This document shows, piece by piece, positions 17,773 to 26,512 of a stretch of 39,545 nt of DNA. The notes under the pieces were generated by a model. The model was not told the origin of the DNA and did no database searches. It saw nothing but the letters and a program-made list of their open reading frames with translations. The translations under genes and the position numbers were made by a program. Each line of letters starts with the position of its first letter. The stretch's first letter is position 1. This stretch comes from Pseudomonadota bacterium (GTDB lineage: Bacteria > Bdellovibrionota_F > JAHFAK01 > JBDREC01). The stretch is taken from positions 1 through 39,545 of the forward strand of contig JBDREC010000109.1 in NCBI GenBank assembly GCA_043820105.1, written 5' to 3'.

Positions 17773-18726
17773 TTAAATCTTCTTTGATTGCATTTTTAAC
17801 TTTTCAGGAAGAATTTCAAACTCTAAAGTTTCAGCTGGATTTAAAACAGGATGACCATTTTTGCTCATTATTTTATCACCCTCATCACTAACTACAAATT
17901 CCACAAACTTTTGACCCCATTTTTTATTTTTTGCATTTTTAGGAACTGTTATTCCATAAACCATTGGGGCACCGTTTTTGGTGATTTTTTCACCTGGTTT
18001 TTTTCCTGTAATCTCAATTTTTGCTGACTTATAATAATCTTTAAGTACAAAACTTCCTAAATTTATATTATTAGGTAATGTAACAAATGGATGTTTGTGC
18101 TGAAAAGCTACTGATCTATATATAAAAATATAATCAAGTTCACCGGCGTCTAGCAAACCAATAAGATCAGTTTCCTTAGGTCTAATATTTTTCTTTGGCC
18201 TTGCTTCATCTAATTTTTTATAAAGATCTTTTTCTTTATAATATTTTTCAGCTAGCTGCCAGACCAATAAAGTTCTATAGCCACATGGATCTTTATTAGG
18301 GTCAGCGTGCCCAAACTCAACATCTTTTTTCAATAAAATTTCAGTCCAATTTTCTGAATTAATAATATCTGCATATTTTGAATTCTTATTAAACATGATA
18401 GCCATTTCATTTGTCACAAAATTAAGAGCATATTCTGCATATTCAGGCATTAAGAGAGTTCTAATAACAGACTCATCAGCGCTAGCCATAACATCTGCTA
18501 TTTTATTTAAATCTGTGATTTTTCTAGCGCAAGTTCTTGACCCAGCTGCTTCTAATAACACTTCAACTTCTGGATGTTTCTTTTCAAAAGCTGTTTTTAT
18601 ATCTTTAAATGGCTTAGCTAGTGATCCTGCATGAAAAACAGTGATTTTTGTTTTTTCTTTTGCATAAGCACAAGTCATAGTAAATAAGCTTAAAAAAACA
18701 ATAAGTAGCATTTTTTTCAATTTCAT
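17773..18726 (-). CDS. wtpA: Tungstate/molybdate-binding protein WtpA
   Basis: VFHAGSL, EAAGS, DPNKDPCGYR, RPKETDL and DYIFIYRSVAFQH are WtpA-family motifs. Confidence 0.9.
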   Translation of the reverse strand: MKLKKMLLIVFLSLFTMTCAYAKEKTKITVFHAGSLAKPFKDIKTAFEKKHPEVEVLLEAAGSRTCARKITDLNKIADVMASADESVIRTLLMPEYAEYALNFVTNEMAIMFNKNSKYADIINSENWTEILLKKDVEFGHADPNKDPCGYRTLLVWQLAEKYYKEKDLYKKLDEARPKKNIRPKETDLIGLLDAGELDYIFIYRSVAFQHKHPFVTLPNNINLGSFVLKDYYKSAKIEITGKKPGEKITKNGAPMVYGITVPKNAKNKKWGQKFVEFVVSDEGDKIMSKNGHPVLNPAETLEFEILPEKLKMQSKKI

Positions 18727-18780
18727 CTAATCACCTTTCATTTATCAAAAAGTTACAAAGAATGAAATTCAATTAATATC

Positions 18781-18860
18781 TTTGTTATTCTTTGTCAACT
18801 AATATCTTTATTTGTTTTATTGTGATTTTATTGGTTATTTATTGTTATTTTTTGTTATTT
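18781..18860. promoter_or_regulatory. 10-bp-phased direct repeats (consensus TTGTTATTT), candidate regulator-binding array
   Basis: GTTATT at 18784, 18834, 18844 and 18854, with degenerate copies at 18794, 18814 and 18824, between divergent wtpA and the regulator gene. Confidence 0.6.
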
Positions 18861-18929
18861 TTATTGACTTTTGTTTCTATTTCTTTAAGTCTTGATTAAG
18901 GATTATATAAATAAATACAAAGGATAAAA

Positions 18930-19799
18930 ATGGAAGAGCTATTAACCACAAAAGAAGTTGCCGATTTTATCAGAGTAAATGAAAAAAAGATTTATCAATT
19001 GGTAAAAGATGGAAGCATTCCACATGTTAAAGTCGCAGGAAAATGGCTATTTCCCAGAAAACATATAAACCGATGGATAGATGAAAACATTGAAAGAGAA
19101 AAATCTATCTTAATAGCAGGAAGTGATGATATTCTTTTATCAAGATTAATTTCGTCCTTTTCCCAAAGCAATTGGCCAAATTCGACAATTTTTTATTCAC
19201 CAATTGGCAGTAAAAAGGGATTAGACGCTCTCAAGAGGCGAAAAGCTCAACTTTCCTGTGTTCATTTACTTGATACAGAAAGCGGAGAATACAATCTCCC
19301 TTATCTTACAAGAATATTTCATAACCAAAAATATAAAGTCATGACCTTATGGACAAGGCAACAAGGTTTTATTGTGAAAAAAAATAACCCTCTAAAAATA
19401 AAAGCTCTTGCAAACATATTAGCAAGTGAAGCAAGGTTTATTAACAGGAATGAAGGCTCAGGCACCCAACTTTTGCTTGAACATTTAATAAAAAAAGAAG
19501 ACCTAAATTTTGATAAAATCCTTGAAAAATCAGAAAAAGTAAATTCACATCTTGAAATAGCGCAAAAGGTTTTTTATGATGAAGCTGATGTTGGAATTGC
19601 AATTAAATATGTTTCAAGCCTTTTTCCACTTGATTTTATTCCCATACAGGAGGAACGCTTTGACTTAGTCATTCCAAGCGATCTGTGGAAAACTCCATTA
19701 ATTAAAACTTTCATTAATCATATTAGTCCTGAAAAAATTAGCAAATTATCTAAAAACCTGCCTGGGTATAACTTAAAAGATACAGGAAGACTTATTTAA
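18930..19799 (+). CDS. Excisionase-like HTH_17 + PBP-like oxyanion-responsive regulator (TaoR/YvgK-like)
   Basis: LLTTKEVADFIRVNEKKIYQL...IPHVKVAGKWLFP; AGSDD, GSKKGL, YNLPY, RQQG, FINRNEGSGT and EERFDL. Confidence 0.88.
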   Translation: MEELLTTKEVADFIRVNEKKIYQLVKDGSIPHVKVAGKWLFPRKHINRWIDENIEREKSILIAGSDDILLSRLISSFSQSNWPNSTIFYSPIGSKKGLDALKRRKAQLSCVHLLDTESGEYNLPYLTRIFHNQKYKVMTLWTRQQGFIVKKNNPLKIKALANILASEARFINRNEGSGTQLLLEHLIKKEDLNFDKILEKSEKVNSHLEIAQKVFYDEADVGIAIKYVSSLFPLDFIPIQEERFDLVIPSDLWKTPLIKTFINHISPEKISKLSKNLPGYNLKDTGRLI

Positions 19800-21018
19800 T
19801 CATTTCCTTGTAATAATTTTCGATTTTATTAAAAACTGTTTTCCAAGTAAATTTCTCAACAATGTCCAAGACCTCGCAAGGCTTAAGTATTGGACCTTTT
19901 TCCAGAACAATTCGAATTGATTTTTCTATTTCCATAACAAAAAATGGAATTTCATCCTTCTTTGGCGCATCAACAGTCTCAAAAGCCGGGAGCTTTATTA
20001 AGTCTAAATATCTACCTAAATATGGAGAAAGCTCTTCTTTTATGCATGGCAAGTCTGTGCATATTAACCTCAAACCACAAGCAAGAGCCTCAATCAACAC
20101 AAGGGGTAGGCCTTCATAAAACGATGGCAAAACAAAAATTGAACATTTCTTCATTAAAGCAGCCAACTTGTCTTGACCAAGCTGACCATGCAATATTACT
20201 TTTCCAGGTAACATTTGCATTCTGCAGCGCAAAGATTCAGCCTCAGAACCCTTGCCTTCACCAGCTATGTGAAGCGTTAAATCAGAGCGCTTTTTTATTA
20301 AATTTTCAAACGCATCAAGCAGCCAAGGCAAGCCCTTGGCATTACTATATTTCCCAATATATAAAATATTATTTAAAGCCTCATTCGATCTATTTTTTAG
20401 ATTAAAAACGTTTTCATTAAATCCAGCACCAATAATACGAATACGATCCATAGGTACATTCAGACATTTTTCCAAAATCTTTGCCTGATTACTATGCAAA
20501 ACGAAAAACAAGTCATTTCTCCTGCATCCTTCTATCACTCTATCTTTAAGATGAGGGCAAAGTTCCATCTGTCGAAAACCAGTAGCATGAGAATGATTAA
20601 CCACTGGTGTATCTGGAAACACATCCTTAACAATGGATGCCAAAAGCCAAATATGATGTACATGAATAATAGCTGGTGTAAATTTTTGGGAAACTTCATG
20701 CAAATGCTTTTTCCACTCAGCTAAATAAACTTCTATTTGCTTACAATCCAAAGAAGAAAAGCAGGTGCTAGAATAAGGCATAACATCACTCATCCCAGGC
20801 ACACAGAAATTCAAAGCATTCGTTTCAAAAAATAAAGGATAAATATTTTCTTTACCTATTCCACCGATATTATAAATCTCATCACCTTTTGGAACACCAA
20901 CAATAACTCTTTGATCCCAGCCGGAGCTTTTAGCATGTTTGCAAATAGCATCAAGAGTTATACCTGATCCCGTTAACAAAGGCCTTTGAGATAAAATGTG
21001 TAAAATCTTATTGTTCAT
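19792..21018 (-). CDS. Glycosyltransferase family 4 protein
   Basis: TGSG N-terminus, YIGK...KG and VLPSFYEGLPLVLIEALACG (GT-B fold). Confidence 0.9.
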   Translation of the reverse strand: MNNKILHILSQRPLLTGSGITLDAICKHAKSSGWDQRVIVGVPKGDEIYNIGGIGKENIYPLFFETNALNFCVPGMSDVMPYSSTCFSSLDCKQIEVYLAEWKKHLHEVSQKFTPAIIHVHHIWLLASIVKDVFPDTPVVNHSHATGFRQMELCPHLKDRVIEGCRRNDLFFVLHSNQAKILEKCLNVPMDRIRIIGAGFNENVFNLKNRSNEALNNILYIGKYSNAKGLPWLLDAFENLIKKRSDLTLHIAGEGKGSEAESLRCRMQMLPGKVILHGQLGQDKLAALMKKCSIFVLPSFYEGLPLVLIEALACGLRLICTDLPCIKEELSPYLGRYLDLIKLPAFETVDAPKKDEIPFFVMEIEKSIRIVLEKGPILKPCEVLDIVEKFTWKTVFNKIENYYKEMIK

Positions 21019-21084
21019 TTTTTTAATTCTAATAATAAATTTATTTGGATTTATTATTCAAAAGAAACGTTGTCAATGAATTAG

Positions 21085-21122
21085 AAAAATCAGGGAGCAG
21101 GTCTTTCAAGACCTGCTCCTGA
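21085..21122 (-). terminator. Intrinsic terminator after fdhB
   Basis: Minus strand TCAGGAGCAGGTCT-TGAA-AGACCTGCTCCCTGA followed by TTTTT. Confidence 0.85.
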
Positions 21123-21136
21123 ATAAATTTTGAAAA

Positions 21137-21811
21137 TTAAACGATAGCTGAATTGGAAGTGTTTTTAGAATTCATTACATATTCATGATATTCTTTTGGA
21201 GCATATTTTAACAAATAAATTGCTCTTGTATCATCACTGGCAAGACTTGCCTGTGGATACTTTTTCTTAGCTTCAGCTAAAGCTTTTTTAGCAAGAGCTT
21301 GCATTTTATCAAGTTCACCAAAGTTCATTGTGCCAGTTGGACAGGTTTTAACACACGCAGGAAGCATTCCTTCTGCCTGTCTTTCATAACACATTGTACA
21401 TTTAACTATTTCCCCAGATTTTTTATTCTTTCTAGGAATGTTATATGGACATGCATCTTTGATGGCTTGAAAATCAAGATCTTTTGTTTTGCTTGTATAG
21501 ATTACTGCACCAGTTTCAGCACATTGCTTGATTGCCCCAGGAAGCGTATCATCAGCTTCCAATTTACAGGGAGCTTCAACACAATGCCTGCATCCATCAG
21601 GAAAGAATGCCCAGTGAACACCCTCTTTTGTATCTGTTTCACTAAATCTAACAAGTTTATATGTCATGCCAGAAAGATCCTGTGGATTCTGATAAGAACC
21701 AACATTTTTTGTTTTCTCTCCAGGTAACATGTTCCACTGCTTGCAGGCAACCTGACATCCCCTACACGCAGTGCATTTTGTGGTATCTATAAAAAACGCT
21801 TTTCCAGACAT
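21137..21811 (-). CDS. fdhB: Formate dehydrogenase iron-sulfur (beta) subunit
   Basis: CTACRGCQVACK, CRHCVEAPC, CPY, KCTMC...PACVKTCPT. No TM anchor; Desulfovibrio FdhB-like. Confidence 0.93.
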   Translation of the reverse strand: MSGKAFFIDTTKCTACRGCQVACKQWNMLPGEKTKNVGSYQNPQDLSGMTYKLVRFSETDTKEGVHWAFFPDGCRHCVEAPCKLEADDTLPGAIKQCAETGAVIYTSKTKDLDFQAIKDACPYNIPRKNKKSGEIVKCTMCYERQAEGMLPACVKTCPTGTMNFGELDKMQALAKKALAEAKKKYPQASLASDDTRAIYLLKYAPKEYHEYVMNSKNTSNSAIV

Positions 21812-21824
21812 AATTTATATCTCC

Positions 21825-24800
21825 TTATGCTTTTTTAACATTAACCATAAAGGCTTTTGTTTCAGGGATTTTAGTATTTGGATCGCCTACAGATGGAGTT
21901 AACAAGTTTGCACTGTCTCCACCATCTTTTGGAGTAATCCAGCCATAATGCCAAGGTAATCCTACCTGATGCACTTCTTTGCCATCAATAATAAATGGTT
22001 TAAATCTTCCTGTTACAATAGCAACTGCTAATACATTTCCTCTTGCTGAGTCCACAATAACCTTTTCACCATTTTTGATGTCTTTAAGTTTAGCCAATTC
22101 CTTACTCATTTCAACAAAAAGTTGAGGTTGAGCTTCAATAAGCCAATCTTGATATCTTGTCATTAGGCCAGTTTGCCAATGTTCAGTAACCCTATAAGTT
22201 GTACCTACAATAGGGAATTTAGGATCACATGACTTATATGTATCTGCATCTGTTTTAAATAACTGAACAGCTGGATTAAGCATTTGTGAGTTCATCAAGT
22301 TTTTATCAATTGGACACTCAAGTGGTTCATAGTGCTCTGGAAATGGACCATCTGGTCTTCCAGGACCAAAAATATGAGCGTGTCCTTCTGGTTTCATGAT
22401 AAATGGGTATTTTGATTTTCCACCTGCTGAAAGTGGAGGCCATCCACCATCAGGAACATCACCAATCCATTGGCCATCTTCCCATTTAATAACAGGTTTC
22501 TCTTTATCCCAAGGAACCCCATTAAAATCAACTGAAGCTCTGTTGTAGATAATCCTTCTGTTAACAGGCCAGCACCATGACCATTCAAGAAATAGTCCAA
22601 CACCAGATTTATCAACAGTGCTTCTTCTTGCCATCATATTTCCAGCATTTGTGTAGCTGGCACAATATAACCAGTTAGCAGAAGAAGTTGAACCATCATC
22701 TTTTAAAAAAGCAAAACTTGGAACAAGATCGCCCTTTTTAAAACTCTTGTTTTTATCAGGAAATTCAACATCTTGTAAAAAATAACCATTAATCTCTTTA
22801 GCTACTTTATGAGAATCAAATTCTCCATGAGTTGCATAATCCCATTTTAAATTCAAGATTGGTTCAGAAAAAACTGCATTTGCATCAGCTTGATAAAGTT
22901 TTTTGATCCTGTTCATAAGATCAATAATCATATCACCATCTGGACGGGAATTTCCCATTGGATTTTGTGCTTTATAACGCCATTGAGCCCATCTTCCAGA
23001 ATTAGTAATACTTCCTTCTTTTTCAACTGAAGTAGCAGCTGGCAACATAAAAACTTCTGTTTTAACGTCAGCAGGATTCATTCCAGGTCCCATCCAAAAT
23101 GAACTTGTCTCACTATCAAAACAGTTTACATTAACCAACCAGTCAAGTTTGGCCATTGCTTTTCTGGTTTTATTAGAATTGGCTCCTGAACAAGCTGGGT
23201 TTTGTCCCCAGGCAAAAAAGCCTTTAATTTCGTCTTTATACATAGCATCAAAAATATCCAGCCATGAATAAGTAACTCCATCGTCTATTTTAGGCAACCA
23301 GCTATATCCAAAATCATTTTCCTTTGTACCAGTTTCTCCATACATAGATTTCAGGAAAGAAACAGAATATTTTGGATAATTGCCCCACCAGTTAGCAGAC
23401 ATTGGATCATTTGTTTTTGGTGTATAATTTGTATTATATACAGCAAGATCAGTATCTTTTGCGCTTGGCGTTTTCAAATATCCAGGTAAGATGTGAAATA
23501 ATAAACAGTGGTCTGTTGAACCCTGAACATTAGATTCACCGCGAAGAGCATTAACGCCTCCACCAGTGACTCCCATATTACCTAAAAGCAATTGAATAAT
23601 GGCCATGGTTCTGATATTTTGCACACCAATTGTATGTTGAGTCCAACCCATAGCATACATAATTGTTCCAGATTTACCTTTTTGACCAGAATATGAATAA
23701 GTTTCATATACTTTTTTCAAATCAGCAACTGGTGTTCCGGTAATGGATGAAACTTTATCAAATGTATAACGTGAGAAGTGTGTTTTCAATTGTTGAAAAA
23801 CACATCTTGGGTCTTGCAAGGTAAGATCCTTTTTAGGATTACCCTTGGCGTCTTTAACAAAGGCCCATTTTGATTTATCATATTTTTTAGTCTTTGCATC
23901 ATATCCTGAAAAAAGACCATCATCAAAACCATAGCTATCGGCTAAGATAAATGAAGCGTTAGTATAATTAGCAACATACCATTCGAAATACTTATTATTG
24001 TCGATGATATATTTAATCATACCGCCTAAGAAAGCAACGTCTGTACCAGATCTTAATGCGGCATAAATATCAGCTTGCTCTGAGGTTCTTGTAAACCTAG
24101 GATCAACACTGATTAATTTTGCACCATTTTCTTTGGCTTTATTTACCCATTTAAATGATATTGGGTGATTTTCTGCAGCATTGCTGCCCATAATAAGAAT
24201 ACGATCACTGTTCCCTATATCGATCCAGTGATTTGTCATAGCTCCACGACCAAAAGTTTCCGCCAAACTGGCGACTGTAGCAGAGTGTCATATCCGCGCC
24301 TGGTGTTCGATATAGACAAGTCCAAGAGCACGCATCATTGCCTGAAGTGTCCAACACTCTTCATTGTCAAGTGCTGCGCTGCCAACATGAGCAATCTGAG
24401 TAGTCCTGTTAACTACCTGACCTTTATCATTTTTAAATGTAAAGGATTTATCTCTTGTGTCTTTAACCCTTTTTGCAATTTTATCAAGAGCCCAATTCCA
24501 AGATACTTTAGTCCACTTATCAGCGCCTGGCGCACGATACATTGGTTCCTGTAAGCGTCTTTCATTGGTAACCCATTGATAAACCGCTGCCCCTTTAGCA
24601 CACAGTGCACCTTCATTGATAGGATGATCAGGATCACCTTCAATGTTGATAACTGTTTTTGTGCCTTTATCAGCATGAACGATAAGGCCACAACCAACTG
24701 CGCAGTAAGGACAAATACTTGTTGTCTCTTTGGCATATTTAATTTTCATCCTGGCGATTTTTTCCCTTGTATCGCTAATGCTTACATGGGAAGCGCAGGA

Positions 24801-24869
24801 TGTAAATAGCATGAGACCCAAGCTACCTGCTGCAGTTGTTTTTAAAAAATTTCTTCTAGATAGTTTCAT
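21825..24869 (-). CDS. fdhA: Selenocysteine-containing W/Mo formate dehydrogenase alpha subunit (1014 aa; Sec at codon 194)
   Basis: The track ORFs 24288..24869 and 21825..24266 are in frame across TGA 24288-24290, giving EHQARI-U-HSATVASLAETFGRGAMTNHW. Also Tat signal SRRNFLK, CPYCAVGC...LCAKG and ALRGESNVQG. Confidence 0.96.
24255..24276 (-). promoter_or_regulatory. Bacterial SECIS element of fdhA
   Basis: 11 nt after UGA: AG-UCGCCA-GUU-UGGCGG-AAA-CU hairpin, with the apical G about 20 nt from the UGA. Confidence 0.75.
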
Positions 24870-25038
24870 AGACTATCACCTCCATACAAAATAATTTTAA
24901 AAACAATTCTTACTAAAAATTCAGATTTTTATTCCATTATATTAGTCGCATGTCAAATTTATTAGACTAATTTATCGATAAAAATGATGATAAATTGTTG
25001 ACATAAAAAGAAGATTTAAATACATGAGATAAATTCGC

Positions 25039-25136
25039 GGAAGCAATTGAGTATCTGGTGAGCTCCTTGGACTTCAAATCCAATGAGAGGCAGTAATCCT
25101 GGCTCTGGTGGGTTCGATTCCCACATGCTTCCGCCA
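25039..25136 (+). tRNA. selC: tRNA-Sec (anticodon TCA), CCA encoded
   Basis: GGAAGCA/TGCTTCC-G-CCA acceptor, TGGT D-loop, TTGGA-CTTCAAA-TCCAA, long variable arm and GTGGG-TTCGATT-CCCAC. Confidence 0.96.
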
Positions 25137-25162
25137 AAAAAATTTCTAAATCGAGATAATTT

Positions 25163-26498
25163 ATGAAAAATATTCCGTCTGTTGATTCAATTAAGAAAAA
25201 AATACTTTCAAAAATCCAAATAGATGAAGATTTTTTGACTTCAATTATACGTGAAGAAATTGCTTTACTAAGATCTCAAAACTCAAAGCCCTAAACCCAT
25301 AACTCATAACAGCAAAGAAGAAGTTAGTTTAAAACTAACAGAAAATATTGAAAAAAAGATAAGTCGGCTTTTAAAAGGGCAGCAAGAACATGTGGTTAAT
25401 GCAACAGGTGTGCTTCTGCACACTGGTCTTGGCAGGTGCCCTCTTTCAGACCAATTATTTGAAGAAGCATATGATTCACTTGTTGGATATCAGACATTAG
25501 AAATTGATAAAAATTCAGGCAAAAGAATTAATAGATCAACGAATATCCAAAAAATTCTAGCAATGTTAGCTGGCAGTGAAGATGCCTTACTTGTTAATAA
25601 TAATGCAGCGGCAATTTTCATTATTCTTAATACTTTAGCAAAATCAAAAGAGGTTATAATTTCACGTGGTGAAATGGTTGAAATTGGGGATGGATTTAGA
25701 ATCTTGGAAATAGTAAAAGCTTCAGGCCCTAAACTTATTGAGGTTGGAGCCACAAATATTACTAAACCAAAAGATTATGAAAATGCTATAAGTGATAAAA
25801 CCAGGGTTTTACTTAAAATACATAAAAGCAATTATCAAGTTAAGGGATATTCAAGTTATTGTGATCCAAGTGAACTTATTGAGGTTGGCAAAAAAATGAA
25901 CATCCCTGTTTTTTATGATCTTGGCAGTGCATCTTTTACTGATTTAAAAATAGAAATTAAGCCTCTATTTAAAAAAGGAATTTCTGTTGTCAGCTTTTCA
26001 GGAGACAAACTCTTTGGAAGTGTCCAGGCAGGGCTTATTCTAGGCAAAAAATGCATTCTTGATAAAATCAGGAAAAATCATCTTTTAAGAACAATTAGAC
26101 TTGATAAAACTAGTATCATTTTACTTCAAAAAACGATTCAATTCTATCTTGAAAATAAAACAGAAAAAATTCCTATTGTAGATTTGCATAATAGGGAGAT
26201 TAAAGACCTTGAAATATTTGCAAACACAATTATTTCTAAAACAAAAAACACTAATATTAGCCTAAAGATCACCCAAAAAGAAGCCTGTCTTGGTGGAGGT
26301 TCTCTATTTGAGTCTCTTCCAAGTATAGCAATTTCAATTGAACATAAGCTAAAGTCTTGCACAAAAATTTCAAATGCTCTTAGACAAAATAGCACTCCAA
26401 TTTGGGGATATATTGAAGATGACAAGTTTTTTTTAAATATAAGAACTTTATTTGAAAAAGATATTGAAGTTATTGTTAAAGCTTTAAATCAAATATAA
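25163..26498 (+). CDS. selA: L-seryl-tRNA(Sec) selenium transferase, split by a +1 frameshift near 25272-25294
   Basis: Frame A from ATG 25163 reads MKNIPSVD...SKP* (SelA N-terminal PSVD motif). The +1 frame is open from 25272 into VVNATGVLLHTGLGR, VNNNAAA, SRGEMVEIG and FSGDKLFG. Joined product is about 444 aa. Confidence 0.9.
25275..25316 (+). repeat. Degenerate 7-bp tandem repeat inside selA
   Basis: CTCAAAA CTCAAAG CCCTAAA CCCATAA CTCATAA CAGCAAA. Confidence 0.75.
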
Positions 26499-26512
26499 AG
26501 AAATAATCATTT

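Noticed and set aside
11777-19799. Convergent stop-codon overlaps (11777-11780 and 19792-19799)
   Set aside because: Ordinary in compact AT-rich genomes.
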